Source of the DNA: Octopus sinensis
Lineage: Eukaryota
Length of the DNA: 64,000 bases
Direction: 5' to 3'
NCBI RefSeq assembly: GCF_006345805.1
Contig: NW_021833008.1
Span: forward strand, 1-64,000
Shown piece by piece: positions 11,837-24,249 of this stretch. Position 1 is the stretch's first letter, and each line of letters opens with the position of its first letter. A program made the translations under genes and the position numbers. The notes beneath the pieces are model-generated. The model saw only the letters and a program-made list of their open reading frames with translations, made no database searches and had not been told where the DNA came from.

Positions 11837-12049
11837 TGCTGACAGATTTTTCTACTCTGTAAGGCTTTTATTCTATATATGCTGTACAGTCAGTATTTAC
11901 ATGTCGAAAAAAAATATCTTTCTACTTGTACTACAATACATTTCAGCAATTCAAAAACAAACTTGTTATATATTGCTGCCAATAATATTTTAATGTTTAT
12001 AATTTTCCTCATTATATTATTCCAGTGTTATTGAAATAGCAATATTACA

Positions 12050-12260
12050 GCTGAGCTGGCCGAATTGTTACTGTGCTGGGAAAAATTCTTAGCAGCATTT
12101 CTTTAGATTTTAAGTTCTGAGTTCAAATGCTGCTGGAATCAGTTTTGCCTTTAATTCTTTGGCATCGATAAAATAAGTACCAATTGAACACTAGGGTCGA
12201 TTTAAGTGACTTTACTCCTTTGAAATTGATGGCCTTGTGCCAAAACTTGAAATCAGTTTT
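12050..12260 (+). mobile_element. tRNA-derived SINE (family A)
   Basis: gagctggccgaattgtt...ttctgagttcaaatgc...tttgcctttaattc...gataaaataagtacc is paralogous to 10345-10570. Confidence 0.7.
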
Positions 12261-12509
12261 ATCACTGAGATTAAATGTTTGATTTCAGAAGAGTGACCTA
12301 GTTGATTCATAAATTATCTTGGTTGATGAAATTAACAAAATTATTAATTATTCTAAAAAGCTGAGAAGTCATCATCATCATCTTCGTATCTTAAAATGAA
12401 CATTCTTTCAATGCATTAACTTTTTTAGTGTGTATACTGGTTGGATTTCTGATTGTCATCAGAAATGTTATTCTTGAATATGCACACACGCACATACACA
12501 CAAGTATAT

Positions 12510-14850
12510 ATTATCATCATCACCATCATCATTGTCATCGTTTAGCATCAATTTTCATGTCGGTATGAGTGAGATGGTTTGACTGGAGCTGGCATGGCCA
12601 TGAGCTGTACCAGGCTCCATTGACTTCTGTAGGTTGATAAGGTTGAGATGTTGGAGATGGTGAGGGGAAAGAGCCCCTTGCAGACAAACATTACACATCA
12701 TACTGAACATAGTAACTTCACACCTTTCTAGTCTTTGCATGCCCTCTACATTCAGGGACCATGGCTGACTATCACGTAGCATTCCTGTTTCTGCACAGGC
12801 ATCACACAACTTTCCTTTCTCTCAGAAAGAGAGACTTTTGGTTGCTACTTGAAGTGAAAGATCTCTGAACTTTCTCCATCTTATTCTAGCAATTTCATTT
12901 CCTCCTCCACTGAAAATTAGGTCACCTAGCTAGCAGATATTGCCCAGTACTTTAGAGCACCTTCTTAGGCATTTGTGAAAATCCATTTCCTGTATACTTG
13001 TAGATTTTATGACTCCTATGCATTTTCCACATACAGACACTACTTTCTCTGTTAACCTCCCTACTGTTCCACTGCACCTGTTGTGCATCCATTGCTTGCC
13101 CTGAATACACTGAAATGAATTTCTGCCTACACCATTCTTACATTCTGAGAAAAACTGTTTACCTGAAGTGAGTAGGGTCCTGTTTGTTTTCTTGTTTACT
13201 AAGGCTTTTGTCTTTGCTAAGTTAACTTCAGGGCTCTTTGATTCCAGGCTTTGCTTCACACCTGAAACTTTTTTCTAGTTTTGTTACAGATTCTGCTATG
13301 AGAGCAAGGTAATTTACATATAGTAGTTCTCATTGGTTTCCAGGCTTAAATTCCTCTGTTATGACCTGGAGGACAGTTCTGAATAAGAGGTGGCTGAGGA
13401 CTGAGCCTTTATGTACACCTAACCCTAAAATTTATCTGAATCTATCACTGTTCTCATGACTAACCCTAATATTATTTATAGCAACCCTGTATAATACCTG
13501 TAGTGCTTTTCACAAGCCATCTATCCATCTCTAGCTTCCTGAAAGACCAGCATATTACAGAGCAGGGTGCTCTGTTGAATGCTTTCTCCAGGTCAACTAA
13601 TGCCAAGTACAACAGCTTATTCTTAGCTTAATATTACCCTTGTACTTGCCTGACTTCTCCCATTACTGTGCCAAACTGCATTTCATCTAGCTTAATGTGT
13701 TTCTAATTAATTGGGTTATTATTCTCTCCATAACTGTTATCACTTTGTCAAGTAATTCGAGGCCTCTATAATTAATTATGTTAAATGCATTTCATTTACT
13801 GTTTTAGTAGCTGATTATATGATCCTGGTATACCAGTCATTGGGGATTATACCTTCCTGAATAACCTAATTAACTAAACAGTGTCCAGACTGTATCCTTC
13901 TTTATAGATATTTTAAGCATCTCAACAGTGACTCCTGATGAACCAGGGGTTTTTCCAGTCTCTATATCTTTAATTACATTATTTATCATACTGCTGTCTA
14001 TATGAATGGTTGGCCTCTCTGTTGGGTTCACATGATGGGGAGACTCCCTTTTTCTATTCATCCGCCACATTTAATAGCCCTTCACAGTAGCTCTTTCACA
14101 CATTTTTCTTTTCCAAATCACGAAATACTAGCATGCCATTATCTATCTGTACACATTTTATCTCCCACAACGTCTCAATCCTCTCTGACACACTCTTTTA
14201 CTATTTTACTTGTTTCAGTCATTTGACTGTGGCCATGATGGAGCAGTGCCTTTAGTCGAGCAAATCGACCCCAGGACATATACCTTGTAAGCCTAGTACT
14301 TACTCTCTCGGTCTCTTTTGCTGAACTGTGAAGTTACAGGGATGTAAACACACCACAATTGGTTGTCAAGCAATGTTGGTGGGGACAAATATAGACACAC
14401 AAACATTTACACACACATATATATATATACATATATACGACAGGTTTCTTTCAGTTTCCATCTACCAAATCCACTCACAACATTTTGGTCATCTGATGCT
14501 ATAGTAGAAGATACTTGCCTAAGGTGCTACACTATGGCAATAAAACCGGAACCATGTGGTTGGTAAGCAAGCTACTTACCACACAGCCACTCCTGCACCT
14601 GTGTAGCAATATGCAAAATCTGAAGTCTCTGATCTTCATACTGTAAGATATTGGCAAACCTCTTCCTGTCTGCTTCTACCTTAGCAAGATAAATCTGGTA
14701 CCTTGCTTCCCTTTTAGCTAACTAATATGGTTCTTTGCTACCATCCCTTTTCCACATTTTCCAAACCCATTTCTTCTCTTTTATAGCCCTGTCGACCTGA
14801 TTGTTCCACCACCATATCACCTTTGATCTGGCAAAAGCTTTGCTCCAACC
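12510..14850 (-). mobile_element. Old degenerate RTE LINE, interrupted by a SINE at 14199-14597
   Basis: (CAT)n tail at ~12515; minus-strand KQSLESK.PEVNLAKTK...CSECKNGVGRNSFQC; GKTPGSSGVTVEMLKI; WWWNNQVDRAIKEKK. Confidence 0.85.
14199..14597 (-). mobile_element. tRNA-derived SINE (family B)
   Basis: Head ggtgcaggagtggctgtgtggtaag...catggttccgg; internal (TA/TG)n; paralogous to 53370-53750. Confidence 0.8.
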
Positions 14851-16100
14851 ACAAATCATCATCATCATCATTTCACATCTGGGTTGGATATTGACAGGCT
14901 GGCTTGACAGAAGATTGCAACAGGTTTCACTAACTGTTTTGGCAGGGGTTTTATGACTGGATGCCCTTGCTAACACCAACCAACTTATAGAGTGAGCTGA
15001 ATGATTGGAGAAACGAAAGAAAGAGGCACTCAATGCATTTGTGAGCAATACATATGTTAGTATTTAATAACAGTTTGTTTGACTCCAAGCAACTTAAAGT
15101 TTGTAGGCTTGTCATATGAATCTAGCTCCTCAGACTTAGGTAATCAAATATATATTTATACATATATATATAGTTGAAAAATTTCATTATAGGTATAAAT
15201 ATACCAAAAACAAGTATAAAAAATGGAGAAAAATGATGTTGAATCAAAATTAGATTTAATACAATATTGGATTCAATACATATGCACATTTTGAAAGACA
15301 AAAATATATGTAAGAAAAAATTATAATCATAGTAATTATAATTAAATTTATGCATACTTTTAAATAAAGTAAAATAAAATAAAATAAGGTACAATGAGAG
15401 AGAATACAGATGGGGTAATAGGGAAAAATCAGATATTTACAAACAAGTTGTAAAAGGGAAAAATAATAATAGTGAGAGGGAAGAAAAAGAAAGACTTATC
15501 AATGTGTATGCAAGTCTATATGTGCAGTAAACTATAACATAAAAATAAAAATCTAATGGATATGTTTAAAGAAATAATAACAGGTTGTGAGACAAAGTAT
15601 AATATAAACAAACCCACATGTGTCTAGTAGAATATAACGCAACAGGTTCACTAGCAGAAAAAATCCATAGAGAATTATATGTATACATATTAATAATGGA
15701 AAACAAAAATATATATATATATTACAAGAGGCTTAAACCTGAGAGACAAGACTATGTTTGAAAATGATACAATATTTAAGTAAAATGGTACATACAAGCA
15801 GAGAAAAAAACAAAACAAAAAAAACTTAACTAAGAGAAACAATGATATCAGACAGGACAGGCCAGTGTACTCAGAAGTGTTCTCTTACTCAAAACTAGCC
15901 TGAGACAATCAAAAAAGAATAAGCACAAATACAAATATATGAAGGAGAAAATATTAATTTACAAGTTATAGAAAAACGTATACACTTACCACAAGGATAT
16001 ACAATCATACATAGATACACACATACATACAAGGGTGCATGTATAAGGGAAGATACAAATAAAATAATAAAGGAGTACATATTCACATAAGACATATATA

Positions 16101-19063
16101 TCATCATCATCATCATTTAGCGTTCGCTTTCCGTGCTAGCATGGGTTGGACAGTTCAACTGGGGTCTGGGAAGCCAGAAGGCTGCACCAGGCCCAGTCTG
16201 ATCTGGCAATGTTTCTACGGTTGGATGCCCTTCCTAACGCCAACCACTCCGTGAGTGTAGTTGGTGCTTTTTACGTGCCACCAGCACAGGTGCCAGGCTG
16301 GGCTGGCAAATGGCCACAGTCGAATGGTGCTTTTTACGTGCCACCGGCACGGGGGCCAGGCGAGAGAATGCCAACGGCCATGATCCGATGGTGCTTTTTA
16401 CGTGCCACCAGCACAGGGGCCAGGCCAGGCTGGCAACAGCCATGATCGGATGGTGCTTTTATGTGCCACCGGCACAGAGACCAGCCGGGGCAGTGCTGGC
16501 AACGGGCACGTTTTGATGGTTCGCTTACGTGCCCCCGGCACTGGTATCACAGCTACAATTTCCATTGATGTTGATCGATTTCGATTTTGATTCTGATTTC
16601 CACTTGCCTCAACAGGTCTTCACAAGTAGAGATTTGTGTCCCAAGAAGGAAAGGCATGCATAAGTGGACTGGCTACATCCCAGATAGAGGCCATGGGTTA
16701 TGGTCTCACTTGTCCTGCCAGATCTTCTCACGCACAGCATACTTCCATAGGTCTCGGTCTCTAGTCTCTTCGTCGGTGAAACATAAAGTTCGGTGGTCGT
16801 GCTTCACCACCTCGTCCCAGGTTATCCTGGGTCTATCTCTTCCACAGGTTCCCTCAACCGCTAGGGTGTGGCACATTTTCACACAACTGTCTTTAGCCAT
16901 TCTCGTCACATGACCATACCAGCTCAAACGTCTCTCTTGCACACCACAACTGATGCTTCTTAGGTCCAACTTTTCTCTCAAGGTACTTACACTCTGTTGA
17001 GTATGAACACTGATATTACACATCCATCGGAGCATACTGGTTTCATTTCTTGTGAGCTTGCGCATATCCTCAGCAGTCACAGCCCATGTTTCACTACCAT
17101 GTAGCATGGCTGTTCGTACACATGCATCGTACAGTCTGCCTTTTACTCTGAGCGAGAAGCCCTTTGTCACCAACAGGGGTAAAAGCTCTCTGAACTTTGC
17201 CCAGGCTATTCTTACTCTAGCAGTTACATTTTTAGCACACCCACCCCCGCTACTGACTTGGTCACCTAGGTAATGGAAGCTATCAACTATTTCTAGTTTT
17301 TCTCCCTGGAATGTGGTGGAAGTTGGTCTCTGCACATTTTCAGTGTTTATTGCACTTGAGTATCTGCCACATACAAAAACTATTTTCCTAGTTAGCCTTC
17401 CTTTGACATTGCTGCACCTCTTATGTGTCCATAGCTTACACTTGGTACATCTTATAGAGTTTCTACCTACGCCTTTTCTACAGATCGAGGAGGGCCATCT
17501 GCCTGAAGGCGTTTGTGATTTGTCTACCTTCCTACTTATTAGGACTTTGGTTTAGCTAGGTTGACTCTAAGGCCCTTTGATTCTAATCCTTGCTTCCACA
17601 CCTGAAACTTCTCCTCCAGTTCTGATAGTGACTCAGTAATTAGAGCAAGGTCACCAGCATAGAGGAGCTCCCAGGGGCATCCTGTCTTGAATTTCTCCAT
17701 TATTGCCTGGAGGACTATGATAAATAGGAGGGGGCTGAGGACTGAGCCTTGGTGGACCCCAACCTCTACCCGGAATTCTTCACTGTACTCGTTGCCAACC
17801 CTCACCTTACTAGCAGCGTCCCTGTACATGGCTCGCACAGCTCTCACTAACAATTCATCTATCCCTAGTTTCCTCATTGACCACCAGATAAGTGATCGGA
17901 GTACCATGTTGAAGGCTTTCTCCATGTCAACAAAAGCCAGGTACAGGGGCTTATCTTTGGCTAGGTATTTCTCCTGCAGCTGTCTTACCAGGAATATAGC
18001 ATCAGCAGTACTTTTCCCTGGCACGAGCCCAGACTGCATCTCATCTAAACTAACTCTCTCTCTAATTAGTTGGGCTATGACCCTCTCCGTAACCTTCATT
18101 ACCTGATCCAATAGCTTGATACCCCTGTTGTTATTTGTATATAGGGCGTCACCTTTAACTTTTTAGCAGTTGACTATTATGCTGCTACACCAGTCATTGG
18201 GAATGACTCCTTCGTGTATCACCTGGTTAACTATATGGGTGACTGGGCTATAGCCGACACTGCCAGATATTTTAATCATCTCTGCAGTAATTCCTGATGG
18301 GCCTGGGGCTTTCCCTGTCTTCATGCTTCTAATTGCCTTAACTACCAAGGAACTGTCAACTCGGATAGCTTGTCCCTCTGTTGGATCGACATTCGACAGA
18401 CTCTCTTTATCCCATTCATTTTCTTTATTCAGCAACCTTTCATAGTGGTGTCTCCAAACCTCTCTCTTTGCATCCTCATTTAGCGCAAGTGAACCATCAT
18501 CCATGCGAACACATTTCTGTCCTACCACATCACGATTTTCTCTCACACTCTGTCTTGCAACACGAAATACCTCAAGTCTTTCTTCCTCATGGCTCAGAAC
18601 ATTGTTAAATTTTTTCTTATCTGCTTCCACTCTGGCTAAATACACCTGCCTCCTAGCTTCCCTTCTTGCAGTCTGATACAATTCCCTGCTACCACCATTC
18701 TTCCAGTGCTTCCAAGCCTGTTTCTTTTGTCTAAGAGCCCTGTCAACTATATTGTTCCACCACCACGTTATTTTGGGTCTTGAGGGGACTTTGCACCAAC
18801 CACAGATCTGGTCAGTGGCTCTCAGCAGGTTGTCCCTTAGAGACCTCCAGTTGTCTTCTGCCCCATGTGAAGCTATATCCCCTTCTATTTCGTCAAAGTC
18901 TTCAAGTAATATGTCTCTAAATCTCTGTCCATTTGTAGGATCTTTAAGCTTCCAGATCCTTCTTCTCCATGTTGGTCGTCTTCTGGTCGTCCTCTTGGTC
19001 CTGATCTTAAAGTCACTAACTACCAGTCTATGTTGTGGGGTACATTCTTCGCCTGGGAAGGTT
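16101..19063 (-). mobile_element. RTE LINE, 5'-truncated within the endonuclease; several frameshifts
   Basis: ORF pieces 18163-19083, 17539-18111 and 16706-17335 carry RT motifs ([17 protein letters not shown]); 3' UTR and (CAT)n tail at 16101. Confidence 0.95.
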
Positions 19064-19116
19064 AAATATATATATATAAACAATTGCAGTGTGGAAGGTG
19101 TTTATAAGCACAAAGT

Positions 19117-19167
19117 TTTGTCAGTGAAGAGGTCGTGGTTTCAAAGCGACGAAAATATTTTGACAAA
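19117..19167 (+). ncRNA. Degenerate minimal type-I hammerhead-ribozyme-like fold
   Basis: Stem I tttgtca/tgacaaa; core gtgaaga (CUGANGA with C3G); stem II gtcgt/gcgac; GAAA; palindromic mini stem III aaatattt; enclosed by 32-bp inverted repeats. Confidence 0.45.
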
Positions 19168-19319
19168 TTAAATTTAAGTGTTGAAGTGAATCTAACGGTT
19201 TTTGTGTGTTTCTTAAATGGTTTATAAATACCTTCCACACTGCAATTGTTTTCGCTCCAGCACATGAACTCAGATCAAGTCACTCACTATGCAAGTATAT
19301 CACCGTAATATATATATAT

Positions 19320-22300
19320 AAATTAGAGAAAAACCACTATTATGTAATTCAAACAATGATAGATGTAAATCATACCATATAGAAAAAATAAAATATGTGA
19401 TAAAACATTTACCAAGATCACAATAAAGTACATAATAATAAATAAACAAACAGTATATAAATAGTAAATAGACTACATATATTTTGTGGCCATATCTTCA
19501 ATTTAAATTACAATTAAATTTAAATTTAATCGGAGCATTAAGTGTGGTTGCTTTGTGAAATAATTTGTAATGTAAAATATTATAGTATATGTAATGAAAA
19601 GTTTTAATTTCTTTTGTACTATTGAATTGAATAATAATAATAAGTACTTTCGTTATTCCCTTAATATTCGAAATATTAGATCTGGGCTATGTTATATGTT
19701 TTAATTTAAAATTTTTTAGTTCATAAAATATCTTTGAAAAAATAAGTATACATTTTATTTAAAAAATAATGGTGAAATTCATATGATTATTGATTAAAAA
19801 AATATGTATTTCTAATTTTTTTTATTTAATTATAATTTAAGATACATACATTTATTTAATTATTATTATTATAATAATTATTATATGTGAACTAAAATCT
19901 AAAATATTATTCATGGTTGTTTTGTGAAATAGTTTGTAACGTAAAATATTACAGTATAGGTAGTGAAAAGTTTTTTCTTTTTTTCTTTATATACTATTGA
20001 ATTTAATAATAATAATAAGTACTTTGTTTATTGTATCAATGAGCGAAATATTACTTCTAGACATAAATTAATTTAATAAGTTTTAATTATTTGTGAGTAT
20101 ATTTTTTAAATATATACAAAATACTATTGCAGGGTTGTGGCTGCAGCATTGTTGATATAAGATATATTATAAGTCTACACATGTTTGTGTAGGGTTTAGT
20201 ACATAGTTAGAATCGTATCAAATTAGATGTTGATTTTAATAAGTAAATGAATATATAATTTAATTAATTAATGAATATAGATTAAATTATAGTAATTTAG
20301 CTTAACTTAAGTATTAGATGTATTTTAAGTATTTTTATTTTAATTAATTGGACTCATATTTTTCCAGTAAAGATATACTATAGCTTGTTTAGATTATTCT
20401 CAAAGTTAAAATATATCTTCACAGATAAATTACATATTTCTATCTATTTACCCTATTTTTTCATGTTAGGTTTTTAATACTGCAGACTACCTTTCTATGA
20501 CACTCTACTGCAGACTACCTCGTTGACGAACGACAGAGACCTTATCTTTGTGGCTGGTGACTTCAATGGTCATGTTGGACGACATGCTAGGGGCTTCCAT
20601 GGCGTACATGGAGGCTATGGCTATGGCTCCCGCAACGAGGAGGGAACCAGGCTGCTGCAGTTCTGCGATGCAAATAATCTTATGATTTGCAACACTAACT
20701 TCAGGAAACCTACCAGCCACCTAGTCACTTACCGATCGGGCCAACATACCAGCCAAATTGACTACATCCTTGCAAGGCAAAGGGAGAGATGGCTGCTTAT
20801 AAATGCCAAAACCTTCCCAGGTGAAGAATGTACCCCACAACATAGACTGGTAGTTAGTGACTTTAGGATCAGGACTAGGAGGACAACCAGAAGACGACCA
20901 TATGGAGAAGAAGGATCTGGAAGCTTAAAGATCCTGCAAATGGACAGAGATTTAGGGACATATTACTTGAAAACTTTGACGAAGTAGAAGGGGATAGAGC
21001 ATCACAGGGGGTAGAAGACAGCTGGACGTTTCTAAGGGACAACCTGCTGAGAGCCACTGACCAGATCTGTGGCTGGTGCAAAGTCCCCTCTGACCTAGAA
21101 TAACGTGGTGGTGGAACAATATTGTAGACAGGCTATTAGAGAAAAGAGACAGGCTTGGAAGGTCTGGAAAAATGGGGGTAGCAGGGAATTGTATCAGACT
21201 GCCAAAAGAGAAGCTAGGAGACAGGTTTATTTAGCCAGAGGAGAAGCAGATAAGAAATAATTTACCAATGTTCTGCACCGTGAGGACCAAAGAGTGGAGG
21301 TGTTTCGTGTTGCAAGACAGTGTGTGAGAGAGAATCGTGATGTGGTAGGAGAGAAGTGTGTTCGCATGGAAGATGGTTCACTTGCGCTAAATGAGGATGC
21401 AAAGAGAGAGGTTTGGAGATGCCACTATGAAAGGTTGCTGAATAAAGAAAATGAATGGATAAAGAGAGTCTGCCGAATGTTGACCCACAGAGGGACCAGC
21501 TATCCGAGTTGATAGTTCCGTGGTAGCTAAGGCAATTAGAAGCATGAAGACAGGGAAAGCCCCAGGCCCATCAGGAATCACTGCAGAGATGCTCAAAATG
21601 TCTGGTAGTGTCGGCTATAGCCTAGTCACCCGTATAGTTAATCAGGTGATACACAAAGGAGTCATACCCAATGACTGGTGTAGCAGCATAATAGTCAACT
21701 GCTACAAAGGTAAAGGTGACGCCCTAGATACAAATAACTACAGAGGTATCAAGCTGTTGGATCAGGTGATGAAGGTTACGGAGAAGGTCATAGCCCAACT
21801 AATTAGAGAGAGAGTTAGTTTAGATGAGATGCAGTTTGGGTTTGTGCCAGGGAAAAGTACTACTGATGCTATATTCCTGGTAAGGCAGCTGCAGGAGAAA
21901 TACCTAGCCAAAGATAAGCCCCTGTACCTGGCTTTTGTTGACATGGAAAAAGCCTTCGACAGGGTCCCCCGATCCCTTATCTGGTGGTCAATGAGGAAAC
22001 TAGGGATAGATGAATGGTTAGTGAGAGCTGTGCGGGCCATGTATAGGGACGCTGCTAGTAGGGTGAGGGTTGGAAACGAGTACAGTGAAGAATTCCGGGT
22101 AGAGGTAGGGGTCCACCAAGGCTCAGTACTCAGCCCCCTCCTATTTATCATAGTCCTCCAGGCAATAACGGAGGAATTCAAGACAGGATGCCTTTGGGAG
22201 CTCCTCTATGCTGATGACCTTGCTCTAATTACTGAGTCGCTATCAGAACTGGAGAAGTTTCAGGTGTGGAAACAAGGATTAGAATCGAAGGGCCTCAGAG

Positions 22301-24203
22301 TCAATCTAGCTAAAACCAAAGTCGTAATCAGTTGGAAGGTAGACAAATCACAAACGCCTTCAGGTAGATGGCCCTGCTCGATCTGTAGAAAAGGTGTAGG
22401 TAGAAACTCTATAAGATGCACCAAGTGTAAGCTATGGACACATAAGAGGTGCAGCAATGTCAAAGGAAGGCTAACTAGGAAGATGGTTTTTGTATGTGGC
22501 AGATGCTCAGGAACAATAAACACTGAAAATGCTCTGAGACCAACTTCCGTCACTTTCCAGGGAGAAAACTAGAAATAGTTGATAGCTTCCGTTACCTAGG
22601 TGACCAAGTCAGCAGCGGGGGCGGGTGTGCTGAAAGTGTAACTGCTAGAGTAAGAATAGCTTGGGCAAAGTTCAGAGAGCTCTTACCTCTGCTGGTGACA
22701 AAAGGCCTCTCGCACAGAGTGAAAGGCAGACTGTATGATGCGTGTGTACGAACAGCCATGCTACATGGAAGTGAAACATGGGCTATGACTGCTGAGGATA
22801 TGCGTAAGCTTGCAAGAAATGAGCCAGTATGCTCCGATGGATGTGTAATGTCAGTACTCATACTCGGCAGAGTGTAAGTTCCTTGAGAGAAAAGCTGGAC
22901 CTAAGAAGCATCAGTTGTGGTGTGCAAGAGAGACGTTTGTGCTGGTATGGTCATGTGGCGAGAATGGATGAAGATAGTTGTGTGAAAAAGTGCCACACCC
23001 TAGCTGTTGAGGGAACCTGCGGAAGAGGCAGACCCAGGAAAACCTGTGACAAGGTGGTGAAACACGACCTTCGAACTTTAGGTCTCACTGAGGAAATGAC
23101 TAGAGACCGAGACCTCTGGAAGTGTGCTGTGCATGAGAAGACCCGGCAGGACAAGTGAGTCCATAACCTGTGGCCTTCTACATGGGATGGAGCCAGCCTA
23201 CGTATGCATACCTTCCCTTCTTGGGACACAAAACTCTACTTGTGAAGACCTGTTGAGGCAAGTAAGGATCAGAATCGAAATCGATCAATGGAAATTGCAG
23301 ATGTGTTACCAGTGCCGGTGGCATGTCGAAACTCTACTTGTGAAGACCCGTTGAGGCAAGTGAGGATCAGAATCAAAATCGATCAATGGAAATTGCAGAT
23401 GTGTTACCAGTGCCGGTGGCATGTAAGAGAACCTTCCATTTCGCGACCGTTGCCAGCACCGCCCCGACTGGCCTCGTGCCGATGGCACGTAAAAAGCACC
23501 ATCCGTTCGTGTCCGTTGCCAGCCTCGCCTGGCCCTCGTGCCGGTGGCACATAAAAAGCACCATCCGTTCGTGGCCGTTTGCCAGCTCTGTCTGTGCGAG
23601 TGGCACGTAAAAAGCACCCACTACACTCACGGAGTGGTTGTCGTTAGGAAGGGCATCCAGCCGTAGAAACACTGCCAGATTTGACTGGGCCTGATGAAGC
23701 CTTCTGGCTTCACAGACCCCAGTAGAACCGTCCAACCCATGCTAGCATGGAAAACGGACGCTAAACGATGATGATGATGATGATGAATTGTATTATAAAC
23801 ACTTGGTCATACATTTTAAGTTTAAAATTTAGTTAATGGAATTTCTTTTATAAGAAGAATCATGTTTTATTTCTTTAAGAAATATTGTTTAATTCTGTTT
23901 GATTATTTATTAAAAATATGTATTTATTGTTATTATTGTTGACTTGAGGAGTGACTATACTTTTAAATTGAATTGTTTTTGGATTGATTAAATCTAAATT
24001 TAAATTTAATTGTAATTCAAATTGAAGATATAGCCACGAAACATACGTAGTCTTTTTACTAATTATATATTGTTTGATTATTTATTATTATATAATTTAT
24101 TATGATCTAGGTAAGTGTTTTATCATATATTTTATTTTTTCTATATAGTATGATTTACATCTATCATTGTTTGAATTATATAATAATTGTTTTTCTCTAA
24201 TTT
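19320..24203. mobile_element. AT-rich foldback-like unit with ~210-bp inverted ends, containing an RTE insertion
   Basis: 19320-19531 is an imperfect reverse complement of ~23993-24203; both outer ends lie in (TA)n; internal direct subrepeats near 19545 and 19915. Confidence 0.6.
20478..23785 (+). mobile_element. RTE LINE, young, 5'-truncated in the AP endonuclease
   Basis: GDFNGHVG and QIDYIL (APE, 20523-20987); RT ORF 21520-22572 with [10 protein letters not shown] and LYADDL; (GAT)n tail at 23767-23785. Confidence 0.96.
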
Positions 24204-24249
24204 ATATATATATATATATTTATATATTATATTGTGAAATTTGATTTTA

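Noticed and set aside
15580-15915. Possible minus-strand micro-exons after pyrimidine tracts
   Set aside because: Splice-like sites are common in such AT-rich DNA and there is no coding support.
21762-22181. Recurrent antisense ORFs opposite the RTE RT (also 17687-18106 and 48763-49152)
   Set aside because: They recur only because the copies are near-identical; no independent motif or start context.
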